Part shown: positions 19,465 through 28,330 of the stretch, piece after piece | How positions within the stretch are numbered: the first letter of the stretch is position 1 | Layout: the number at the start of each line of letters is the position of its first letter | NCBI GenBank assembly: GCA_016180845.1 | Contig: JACPAK010000001.1 | Location: forward strand, 673,707 to 737,706 | Reading direction: 5' to 3' | DNA: 64,000 bases | DNA from: Deltaproteobacteria bacterium | GTDB taxonomy: Bacteria > UBA10199 > JACPAL01 | Made by a program: the position numbers and the translations under genes | The notes under the pieces: model-generated | The model's input: only the letters and a program-made list of their open reading frames with translations | Database searches by the model: none | What the model was told of the DNA's origin: nothing

Positions 19465-19707
19465 AGGACCTCCTCTTAGTTGGGTATCCTTTGTAACTCC
19501 CTCTAGGCTAAATCTATATGACGCACAGCGCAAGTGAAAAATGAATGGCGATTCAGTTGATATTTTCGAAATATTTTAGTCGTCGAATGCCGCTTCAATA
19601 TCGCGTGCCCCATGCATGATAAGATACGAATTATTTGGATCACTTCTTTAGCAACTATTTCTCCGCCAATACGATCACACGACTGTTCTGTAACAAGGAG
19701 GATGTCT

Positions 19708-20238
19708 ATGCCACCATTGTCCCAATTGGTTCGACCTCTCATTGCCGGTGTGGGTTGTTTTGCGTTATTGTCTTATTGTCGTGAGATAGGAACGGAGGTT
19801 CCCCCCTGGGTTCTTGGTATTCATTGGGATGAGGGACCCTTTAGTCCGGATGGTGTTGACAGGGCCCTTGAGGGGCACGATGAAAGCGAAAAACAGATAG
19901 CAAAAGTCCACATTGCGAAGAGTTCGAGCTATCACTGTAGTGCTCGCGTCTACGCGGCTGCGGGAATTGAAAACCAGGCCGTTCGAGACCGTCTCCTTGC
20001 CATTGCGACCAAGGCTTGCTCGTCATGGACGATGTTTGAAGAGGGTACTAGCAGAATGTCACCCCCTGCTAGAGATGTTTTTCTTCAAGAGCATGCACAA
20101 GACAGAGGCCTTTCTCTCTGCGTACGACGCAGACATGCGAACGCAATTGGTGATGGTCGTATGCGGGAAGCGGCGCTAAGTACCATCGTTGATGAAAAAG
20201 GCCAGGTGCCTGACTGCACAACACGGGATAGTGACTAA
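19708..20238 (+). CDS. Hypothetical protein with an N-terminal hydrophobic segment
   Basis: An ORF with an AGGAGG Shine-Dalgarno sequence 6 nt upstream of ATG 19708 (MPPLSQLVRPLIAGVGCFALL). There are no recognisable domains. Confidence 0.45.
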   Translation: MPPLSQLVRPLIAGVGCFALLSYCREIGTEVPPWVLGIHWDEGPFSPDGVDRALEGHDESEKQIAKVHIAKSSSYHCSARVYAAAGIENQAVRDRLLAIATKACSSWTMFEEGTSRMSPPARDVFLQEHAQDRGLSLCVRRRHANAIGDGRMREAALSTIVDEKGQVPDCTTRDSD

Positions 20239-20427
20239 AGATATTAAAAACGTGAACCAAAGTTATTGAATCACCAAAGCTATACGCTTTTTTAGGAACC
20301 TTTCTTTACGACAAAATTAGATGTTGTTATTTCCTTCGGTATTACGCCCGGTTCTCCGATTTTATAAAAGGCAATTCAATCAAAGTTATTGATCTGATAG
20401 GCTCAAATAGATTAATTTAGTTTTTTC

Positions 20428-20501
20428 CGGGGCGTAGCTCAGTCTGGTAGAGCGCTAGCTTTGGGAGCTAGATGTCGCTGGTTCGAATCCAGTCGCCCCG
20501 A
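20428..20501 (+). tRNA. tRNA-Pro (anticodon UGG)
   Basis: CGGGGCG...CGCCCCG acceptor stem, D-arm GCTCAGTCTGGTAGAGC, anticodon stem CTAGC with loop TTTGGGA (UGG, G37), T-arm GCTGGTTCGAATCCAGT, discriminator A, and no encoded CCA. Confidence 0.85.
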
Positions 20502-20581
20502 CAATTCCCACCTGGGTCTCAGGATGGACATCGCACTTGACACTTTGACCTGCTTGCGGTTGTTTTGCAGTCTAGGAGGAG

Positions 20582-20893
20582 ATGACTATGGGAGAATTTA
20601 TCAAAGCGATCAACAAGTCGGATGTCCCCGCTAATGAGGGACGTGTGATTGAGGTGAAGGGGAAACAGATCGCCCTCTTCAATGTCGAGGGAAAAATCTG
20701 TGCGATTGACAATATCTGTGTCCATCGTGGTGGTCCACTGGGTGAGGGAAGTCTCGATGGGACTATCGTGACCTGCCCGTGGCATGGTTGGCAGTACGAT
20801 GTGACAACAGGGGTGTCACCGGTGAATCCGGCAGCAAAAGTGCAGACTTTTCCGTGCAAGGTGGAAGGGAACGACATTCTCGTAGAGGTCTAA
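20582..20893 (+). CDS. Small Rieske [2Fe-2S] domain protein (NirD-like)
   Basis: CVHRGGPL...CPWHGWQYD are the Rieske CXH/CXXH boxes. Confidence 0.8.
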   Translation: MTMGEFIKAINKSDVPANEGRVIEVKGKQIALFNVEGKICAIDNICVHRGGPLGEGSLDGTIVTCPWHGWQYDVTTGVSPVNPAAKVQTFPCKVEGNDILVEV

Positions 20894-20913
20894 TCGACAC
20901 TCGAAATGTCTTC

Positions 20914-22272
20914 TTAATTTCCTTCGCTCTTATCCAGGTTTCCGCTCCAGAGATACTCTCGAGTTGTCTTGACGATAACGCCGCTGAGCAAGACAAGTGA
21001 GATCAGGTTCGGGATCGCCATCAGCCCATTTGCGATATCGGCAAACGACCAGACCATCGGGAGTGTTGCCACAGAGCCAAGAAGAACGGCGAGGACCCAT
21101 AGATAGCGGTATGGTTTAATGACTTTTGTGCCGAAAAGATATTCGGCCGCCTTTTCACCATAGTAGGACCAACCCAAGATGGTTGAGAAGACGAAGGTGA
21201 GGAGTCCAACAGTCAAAACAAGTGGACCAACGACGGGGATATGACTAAAGGCCGACTGTGTGAGCGCTGCCCCTTTCAGTCCACTGGCCCAATCGCCAGA
21301 GCTGACGACAACAAGACCGGTAAAGGCACAAACCACCACCGTATCCCAGAAGGTCCCGGTGGAAGAGACAAGCGCCTGTCGGACCGGGTTTTTCGTTTGC
21401 GCTGCTGCCGCAACAATCGGTGCTGAGCCGAGTCCTGATTCATTCGAAAAAAGACCCCGCGCCACTCCATAACGGATCGCTTCCTTCATTCCAGCCCCCA
21501 AGAAGCCACCAATGGCTGCCTGACCCGTGAAAGCACTAGAAACAATAAGGCGAACTGTTTCCGGAAGCAGCGAAGCATTTTTGATGAGAATAAAAATGCA
21601 ACCAGCGACGTAGAAAATTGCCATAAAAGGAACCAAGGCCTCGCAGGCCCGGGCGATCGACTTAATCCCGCCGAGGATCACGACGGCGGTCAGGATGGCC
21701 ATCACAATTCCAGAGATCCAGGGAGAGACATGAAAGGTCTCGTGGAGCATGCTCGAGATCGAATTTGCCTGGACCATATTGCCGATTCCGAAGGCAGCAA
21801 CCGACGTGAAAATGGCAAAGAGAGTTCCGAGCCATTTGGCCTTTAACCCTCTTTCGAGTGCATACATCGGACCACCACACATCTGTCCTTTTTCATCGAG
21901 AACGCGGTATTTAACCGCCAGAAGTGCTTCGCCATATTTCGTGGCGATCCCAAAAACGCCGGTGAGCCACATCCAGAGGACCGCTCCGGGTCCGCCTGAG
22001 GCAACCGCTGTCGCGACACCGACAATATTCCCGGTGCCGATCGTCGCCGCAAGGGCGGTGGTTAAGGCACCAAATTGACTAACATCTCCTGCCCCTTCTT
22101 TGTCTCGACTTATCGAAAGCTTGATTGCCTTCCAGAGATGACGCTGGATAAAACGAAGTCTTACCGTCAGGAAAAGATGGGTTCCGACAAGCAAAATGAG
22201 AAGGGGTGGTCCCCAGACCCAGTTGCTCAGGTCGTTTAGAAATTTCTCAAGATTCTGGAGAAATTCAGCCAT
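20914..22272 (-). CDS. Sodium:alanine (amino-acid) symporter, AGCS family
   Basis: A 452-aa polytopic membrane protein. Its N-terminal region (WGPPLLILLVGTHLFLTVRLRFIQ...GDVSQFGALTTALAATIGTGNIVGVATAV) is characteristic of AGCS transporters. Confidence 0.8.
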   Translation of the reverse strand: MAEFLQNLEKFLNDLSNWVWGPPLLILLVGTHLFLTVRLRFIQRHLWKAIKLSISRDKEGAGDVSQFGALTTALAATIGTGNIVGVATAVASGGPGAVLWMWLTGVFGIATKYGEALLAVKYRVLDEKGQMCGGPMYALERGLKAKWLGTLFAIFTSVAAFGIGNMVQANSISSMLHETFHVSPWISGIVMAILTAVVILGGIKSIARACEALVPFMAIFYVAGCIFILIKNASLLPETVRLIVSSAFTGQAAIGGFLGAGMKEAIRYGVARGLFSNESGLGSAPIVAAAAQTKNPVRQALVSSTGTFWDTVVVCAFTGLVVVSSGDWASGLKGAALTQSAFSHIPVVGPLVLTVGLLTFVFSTILGWSYYGEKAAEYLFGTKVIKPYRYLWVLAVLLGSVATLPMVWSFADIANGLMAIPNLISLVLLSGVIVKTTREYLWSGNLDKSEGN

Positions 22273-22347
22273 CCCCCCCTCGGGTTTGTTGATTCATCCG
22301 TATATTTCCCGCTTGCAGGAGGCAAGGAGAATGTTAATCAGTTTTCG

Positions 22348-22590
22348 ATGAGATTCATTGCCGTCTTTTTTTCTCTAGGCTCTCTCCTCTGTCTCTGTCT
22401 GACGATGGCGGCCGGACTCAAATCGGCCCATCAGCAAGAATTTTATATGTCCCATCTCTACTGGGCCTTTGCCTCGATCGCCCTTGTGGCCGTTACCTTG
22501 ACCCTCTGTCTGCTATTTATTTTCAAGATGCATGGAATTATTCATGAGCTGATGAAAAAACTGGATGAAATGGAGACCTATTCGTCATGA
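22348..22590 (+). CDS. Small two-helix membrane protein
   Basis: An 80-aa hydrophobic ORF directly upstream of a second membrane ORF, with a 4-nt overlap. Confidence 0.4.
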   Translation: MRFIAVFFSLGSLLCLCLTMAAGLKSAHQQEFYMSHLYWAFASIALVAVTLTLCLLFIFKMHGIIHELMKKLDEMETYSS

Positions 22591-23072
22591 ATCTCGTCTT
22601 AAATTACCTCCATATTTTTGGGGTTGTTTTGAGTTTAGGCAGCGGCTTTTTTTTTATTTTCATATTTCCGGCTGCCCTGAATTCGATTTCTGATAGCGGT
22701 CAGAGGGTTCAGGTTTTTGCCGCCTCCCTTCGTCTTTTTCACCCCCTTTTTCTTTTGGGGCTCTGTCTCACCTTTATGAGTGGGGCGATTCATCTGACTC
22801 ATTTTAAAATCCAGTTTGGGACCGAGTATTTCAATAAATTTGGTGGTCTCCTGATCTGGAAATTTGCGCTGACCCTCCTGATTTTTTTGATTGCCGGAAT
22901 GCAGTGTTTTGGGATGGGACTCAAGCTGACGCGGATGGCGTCTGGTGTGATTCAGGGGGATCTGGCAACGCAAGAGCGCTATGCGAGAAAGATCAAGACA
23001 GCCCAAACATTAAATCTTATCCTTCTTGCCGTAACCATTTGGTTTGGGATCAAACTGGGAGCCCTCACATGA
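22587..23072 (+). CDS. Hypothetical four-helix membrane protein
   Basis: A 161-aa hydrophobic ORF. Its stop overlaps the start of the MBL-fold gene (ATGA). Confidence 0.45.
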   Translation: MNLVLNYLHIFGVVLSLGSGFFFIFIFPAALNSISDSGQRVQVFAASLRLFHPLFLLGLCLTFMSGAIHLTHFKIQFGTEYFNKFGGLLIWKFALTLLIFLIAGMQCFGMGLKLTRMASGVIQGDLATQERYARKIKTAQTLNLILLAVTIWFGIKLGALT

Positions 23073-23695
23073 TCTACATCCAACAACTCGAAGTCGGGAT
23101 GATGAAAAATTTCAACTATCTCATTGGAGATCCAGAGACGAAGGAGTGTGCCTATGTCGATCCCGCATGGGAGGTCGATCGCCTTTTGGGCTTGGCAAAA
23201 AAAGATGGTTATCAGGTGAGAAAGATCCTTCTGACACATCGCCACTTTGATCATGTGGAGGGGGTTGAGAAGGTTGTCGAACAGACAGGGGCAGAAATTT
23301 TTATTAATCATCTGGATCAAGAAGCGGTCAAAAAGAGCCAGGGGAAAAAGATCCTCCTGACAGCGGGGAAGGAGTTCCCGATTGGAAAACTAAAAGTTGT
23401 TGCTATTCATACGCCAGGGCATACCCCCGGCTCAACCTGTTATCTTGTTGAGGATCTCTATCTTTTTACTGGGGATACCCTGTTTCAGGGGAACTGCGGT
23501 CGCTGTGATCTGCCTGGAGGGGATTCGAGGGAGCTTTTTCAAAGTCTCCAGAAGTTAAAAGGGCTCGATCCGACGATCAAGGTTTATCCGGGGCATGATT
23601 ATGGGACAAAACCGGTCACGACGATCGACTATGAGAGGGGACATAATCCGACGATGCGTGCGGATTACTTTCAAGCCTTTGAAGAAATACCTTGA
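23071..23695 (+). CDS. MBL-fold metallo-hydrolase (glyoxalase II / persulfide dioxygenase-like)
   Basis: HRHFDHVEG and HTPGHTPGS are the metallo-beta-lactamase motifs. The start at 23071 gives [10 protein letters not shown]. The listed 22904 start is an upstream in-frame extension. Confidence 0.8.
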
Positions 23696-24261
23696 AAATA
23701 CTCCTTCGACTTCACGACATCCGGCTTGATTTTCTTGCTTCCCGGTTTCCAATTGGCCGGGCAGACCTCACCGGTCTTGTCGACCTCCTGAATCGCTGCG
23801 AGGACTCGAAGGACCTCATCGGTGTTGCGTCCGATTCCTAGGTCGTGAACACACTTATAACGAAGCTTGCCGTTATTATCGATGATAAAGACGCCGCGGA
23901 GAGCGATTCCTGCATCAAGCAGAACCTCATAGTCACGGCTGATTTGTTTCGAGAGATCGGCAAGTAATGGGAAATTCAGTCTCTCGAGTCCCCCTTCTTT
24001 TCGAGGGGTCTTGATCCAGGCGAGGTGCGAAAACTTGCTATCGACAGAGACACCGAGGACCTCGGCACCGAGCTCCTTGAATTTCCCGTAGTTATCGGAG
24101 AAGGCGGTGATCTCCGTCGGGCAGACGAAGGTGAAGTCGAGGGGGTAGAAAAAAAGCACCACCCACTTCCCTTTATAATCGAACAGATTGACCTTCTTGA
24201 ACTCCTCCACGACAACGGCATCTGCCGAGAAGTCTGGGGCTGGCTGACCGATTTGTAACAT
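23671..24261 (-). CDS. 2-Cys peroxiredoxin (AhpC/TSA family)
   Basis: [14 protein letters not shown] is the peroxidatic-Cys motif. Confidence 0.88.
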   Translation of the reverse strand: MLQIGQPAPDFSADAVVVEEFKKVNLFDYKGKWVVLFFYPLDFTFVCPTEITAFSDNYGKFKELGAEVLGVSVDSKFSHLAWIKTPRKEGGLERLNFPLLADLSKQISRDYEVLLDAGIALRGVFIIDNNGKLRYKCVHDLGIGRNTDEVLRVLAAIQEVDKTGEVCPANWKPGSKKIKPDVVKSKEYFQGISSKA

Positions 24262-24294
24262 AAAGCCTCCTTATAAGTGAAAGTTGAGGAGCCT

Positions 24295-25452
24295 CTATAT
24301 CCTACAGAATCCCTCGTAGTCAATGAGCTCTTTGATCGTCGGATTCTCCCCGCAGACCGGACAGGCGGGATCACGTCTGACCTTCATCTCGCGGAATTTT
24401 TGTGAAAGGGCGTCGTACATTAACAAGCGACCGACGAGTGATTCCCCCTTACCCAAGACGAGCTTGATCGCCTCGACCGCCTGAATAGAGCCAATGATCC
24501 CTGGCAGGACCCCAAGGACACCCGCTTCGGCGCATGAGGGGGCCATTTCAGGGGGTGGGGGTAATGGATAGAGACAACGATAACAAGGCCCTTTGCCAGG
24601 ATGAAAAATAGTCACTTGTCCCTCGAATCGAAAAATACTTCCATCGACCATCGGTTTTTTCGAAAGGACGCAGGCGTCATTCAAGAGATAGCGTGTTGGA
24701 AAATTATCACAGCCGTTCACGATAACATCGTATTCCTTGATAATCTCCATGACATTGTCGCGATTCAACTTCACGGCGTGTGTGATGACCTTGACCTGTG
24801 AATTGATTCCGGCGATCGCCCGACGGGCCGATTCGGTCTTCGGCGTACCAACATCCATTTCACGGTGCAGGATCTGACGCTGAAGATTTGTGAGATCGAC
24901 CTGATCGAAGTCGACAATACCCAGTGTCCCGACTCCTGCGGCGGCGAGGTAGATCGCTGTGGGGCATCCGAGTCCTCCCGCTCCGATAAGAAGGATCTTC
25001 GCCTCAAGCAACTTCATTTGCCCTTCTTCCCCGACCTCGGGCAAGGTCAGATGACGCGAGTATCGGGTCATCTGGTCCTGATTCAGCATCTTCTTTGTCT
25101 CGATCGGGAGCCCGGCATTTTTCCAGCCATTGAAGCCACCGATCATCGACGAAACCTTTTTGTAACCTAATTGCCCAAGTGACTTAGCGGCAAGGGCCGA
25201 TCGAATCCCTCCGGCGCAGTAACAGACGACCTCGCTCTCTTTATCTGGTACCTCGTCCTCGATCTCCAGTTCGAGGAAACCGCGCGCGATTGTCTTGGCC
25301 CCAGGGACGATCCCTCCCTGCCACTCCTCAGGTTCACGGACGTCGATCAGGACGGTCTTCGGATTCTTTTTGGCAAGCTCCTCTACCTCTTTTGGTTGGA
25401 GCTCACGGATCTCTTTTTTGACCTGTTTTAAGAGGTCACTGAAGGTTGTCAT
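24295..25452 (-). CDS. Rhodanese-ThiF/MoeB fusion (MoeZ-like adenylyltransferase/sulfurtransferase) with the rhodanese domain at the N-terminus
   Basis: The N-terminal region is rhodanese-like (CYCAGGIRS active-site loop). The central region has the ThiF nucleotide-binding motif LLIGAGGLGCP. C-terminal CxxC pairs (CYRC...CPVC) are present. Confidence 0.8.
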   Translation of the reverse strand: MTTFSDLLKQVKKEIRELQPKEVEELAKKNPKTVLIDVREPEEWQGGIVPGAKTIARGFLELEIEDEVPDKESEVVCYCAGGIRSALAAKSLGQLGYKKVSSMIGGFNGWKNAGLPIETKKMLNQDQMTRYSRHLTLPEVGEEGQMKLLEAKILLIGAGGLGCPTAIYLAAAGVGTLGIVDFDQVDLTNLQRQILHREMDVGTPKTESARRAIAGINSQVKVITHAVKLNRDNVMEIIKEYDVIVNGCDNFPTRYLLNDACVLSKKPMVDGSIFRFEGQVTIFHPGKGPCYRCLYPLPPPPEMAPSCAEAGVLGVLPGIIGSIQAVEAIKLVLGKGESLVGRLLMYDALSQKFREMKVRRDPACPVCGENPTIKELIDYEGFCRI

Positions 25453-25493
25453 CGTGCCACCAGACTACGGAAACTTGGGCGAGGTGTCAAATT

Positions 25494-27083
25494 TCAAAAC
25501 GAGGTCCTAAAATAGGGGGTCTCGAAGATCTCTTCGAGGAGTGCAAAGATTCGATCACGGAGGTCTGGGTGTTCTTCGGCGGCGTCAATTAATTTATGTG
25601 AGGCCTTGCTCATCGCCTCAACAGTGACAATAGAAATACCCTTTCTTGCTAGTAATTGGGTTTCTGAAACTAGGATTTCCGTTTCAGTCGGAAGGTCGAG
25701 GCCACCCTGAATAGACAATAACCGACGAGCCTCTTCGCTTAAGGTGAAGCGACCACCCGGGAGGATCGGGACATGATGGTAGCCACCAGGACCGCTATGC
25801 CAGGCCTTTGTAATAACGACCAGTTTACGATATTCCTCAAGGGCCCTTGGATTATTAATACGATAGGTTCCTTGCTCGACCATTCCGGTAATCGCTCCCT
25901 TGCTGAAGGTCAGGAAGTGTTCAAATCGCCCTGCATCGAGTTCAATGGTCCATCCTTCAAAACTAACAGTCACTCTTCGGAGGAGCAGATCACCGCTCCA
26001 ATCAACCTCATCCAAACTTCGTAAAGCTGTGGCGTCTTGGAGAAGTCGGTCGGGGGCTCTTTCACCGACGCCCACGACAATCCTCCCCTCTGGTCTCGGT
26101 CCGAGGGCGCCGGCAAACGTTCCCCCATCAGCTCCGACGTCTGGCACGACGACCCTCGCGGCTCCTCCAGGGGCTGCCCGAACTGTTGGTGCCCTCCCAA
26201 TAATCAATCGTCCATCCGTTGAATCTACATGGACGGTAACACTCGGTTCCTGAGCTGCTGCTGTGCGAGCGAGGCGAACGGTTGCCTCGTCAGGGACGGA
26301 GGCCCTTGCGGGACCTCTGCTACGAAGTAACGCCCCATCTGAAACCCACGGTGGCTCACGAGCACCCACTGCCGTTCCGTGATCAACAATCTCTTCTACC
26401 GCAGGGCGTAGGCCTCGAATCCTACTCCACCTGAGTAGTCCAAGCGTTACCAGGAGGAGCGCACCGACAACGATCGCGTGGTTATCCACGAAGAAATTTC
26501 CGACGAGTTGCGACCAACTTGGGGGTTCTGAATAAACGGGCGTTGCTTCGGCAGAAACGGCGCCAGCGGCTCGGGACGCATCGACCTCCGTGATAGATCC
26601 GCCATCATTCCCGATACCACCGTCTGGGGCATTCACTCCACCATCCGGAACGGAGCTTCCCTCTTCAACGAGGTGACATTTTTGATACAGACCGGAGAGG
26701 GTCAGCGCAAATCTTCGGAGATTTCTGGAATCCCCTGAAGCCCACCTCCCATCCCAAGGGATCCCATCAACATACCCCTCTTTTTCCTTGATGAAGCGCC
26801 TGAATTTGTGACCTGAAAATCTCCCATCCAGTGAACCATCGCGTTTATCAATCGCTACGAGGAGGCCATAGTATTTCGTGAGTGTGCTACCGGATAGAAA
26901 CTGTTCTAACGGGTGTTGGTCGATTGAGGTCTCTGACGGGGCATAGGTGATCGGGTCGTCACTGTCTGGGATCTCGGTGGCGATTCTTAGGTTATACCGA
27001 GGATCTTGCCGTCGTTTGTCATCGATCTCGAAAAGGTCGAGGGTTGGGTCGATGAAATCAGGGAGTTGGCAGATGATACCCAT
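25494..27083 (-). CDS. Hypothetical single-pass membrane protein (529 aa) with a cytoplasmic N-domain and an extracytoplasmic C-domain. Fourth gene of the uncharacterised operon.
   Basis: There is a single strong transmembrane helix (AIVVGALLLVTLGLL) near residue 200. No known motifs are present. Confidence 0.6.
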   Translation of the reverse strand: MGIICQLPDFIDPTLDLFEIDDKRRQDPRYNLRIATEIPDSDDPITYAPSETSIDQHPLEQFLSGSTLTKYYGLLVAIDKRDGSLDGRFSGHKFRRFIKEKEGYVDGIPWDGRWASGDSRNLRRFALTLSGLYQKCHLVEEGSSVPDGGVNAPDGGIGNDGGSITEVDASRAAGAVSAEATPVYSEPPSWSQLVGNFFVDNHAIVVGALLLVTLGLLRWSRIRGLRPAVEEIVDHGTAVGAREPPWVSDGALLRSRGPARASVPDEATVRLARTAAAQEPSVTVHVDSTDGRLIIGRAPTVRAAPGGAARVVVPDVGADGGTFAGALGPRPEGRIVVGVGERAPDRLLQDATALRSLDEVDWSGDLLLRRVTVSFEGWTIELDAGRFEHFLTFSKGAITGMVEQGTYRINNPRALEEYRKLVVITKAWHSGPGGYHHVPILPGGRFTLSEEARRLLSIQGGLDLPTETEILVSETQLLARKGISIVTVEAMSKASHKLIDAAEEHPDLRDRIFALLEEIFETPYFRTSF

Positions 27084-27090
27084 AGTTTCA

Positions 27091-28321
27091 TCACCATCGC
27101 TTAGGCTCGGGTCCCACCCTTCCTGTGTGAACTTCGATAAAAGGGCCTGTGGTGATCCCTTCTCCCTCAGGCAGATCAGGAAATTCCCATTCTACGGTGG
27201 TTTCACCGGTATGGTAGACCGCCTCTCCCGGATCGTTTTTTGCCTCCTCCGCCAGCTTTGAGACCTGGCCATGGAGGATCTCTAATTTCAGGACGGCATA
27301 CCTTAAGGCATCAGCATCGATATCTTTAATCGCCTTTTCGAATTCCTTCTCCGTCTCCAGAGCTATCCGACGTCTCTCTTGCATTTTGACAAGCAGTGAC
27401 CGGACATTCACGAATTTAATAACGTCTTGTTCTCGACGTGCCTTCGGGATCAGTGCGGCGACTTCGAGAACCCAATCGGTGATCTGTTTCAAAAGCTTCC
27501 GACCCTGCGCGACCTTCGCATCGTAATTGATGACGGTGACGACTGTCCTGTTCGAGAGGTTCGCGATCATTTTTTCGATCGCCTCATGGTTGGAGAGGCC
27601 TGGGGTCCTCAAGAATTCACGATAATAAAGGACCGCCCCCCCGATATTTCCCTGGAGTCGAAGGCACTCGGCGATCTTGAAGATGAAAATAGGGTCATTG
27701 TAGATAGAGTGACCGTCGGAGAATTTGGTGAGGGCACGATCATAGTGGCCCTCACGGAGGAGCCTTTCTCCCTCGGCAAGGCTCTCCCGTTCTCCCTGCG
27801 TACAACTCCCCATGATACATTGGGGGATCTCAACACGTTTCGGCATCATTCTAGAGCGGACCTCTTCGATCTTTGTCCTGAGGAAATCCGGTTCGGCACT
27901 GACTTGGGTATCCATGGCTGCATGGGTCAGGATCTCTACGAGAGAAAAATTGGCTGCCTCGACTGGGGGAAGGAGTGTAGAAGATTTCGCTGCCCCTAAC
28001 ACCCGATCCCATTCGTCTGCTGAGACTTGTTTATCTCCCATCAAGGCGAGGCGTGCCTCATTAACGAACTGGGTCTTCCCAACGATGATTTGACTCAGGC
28101 CTTTATCGGTCAGTTCGGTGAATCGCTGAACCACTTCGCGATCATAGGTCCTCGTAAGATCCTGACATCCTTCTTCGAGGACCGCTGTGAGTTCGGGAAA
28201 GCCTTTTGCCTCATCCTCTCTGAGCGCCTCCTCCATCCCTTGGAGCTCTGTGAGGGATACATTTTGATCGTCCTGAAGGGCCTGTTGAAATTTTTGGCGG
28301 ATGTCGGTCATTAGGTTTTTC
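27091..28321 (-). CDS. Hypothetical protein with a TPR-like helical region. Third gene of the operon.
   Basis: An ORF with a TPR-like segment (GHYDRALTKFSDGHSIYNDPIFIFKIAECLRLQGNIGGAVLYYREFL). The start at ATG 28321 lies 10 nt after the upstream stop. The alternative start at 28386 would overlap the upstream gene by 56 nt. Confidence 0.55.
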
Positions 28322-28330
28322 TCAATAAGG

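Noticed and set aside
19534-20427. A possible integrated element next to tRNA-Pro
   Set aside because: There is no integrase and no tRNA-fragment direct repeat in the window. There is only one small orphan ORF.
22904-23070. An upstream in-frame extension of the MBL-fold gene (start at 22904)
   Set aside because: It overlaps the preceding membrane-protein gene. The ATG at 23071 makes an ATGA junction and yields a typical MBL N-terminus.
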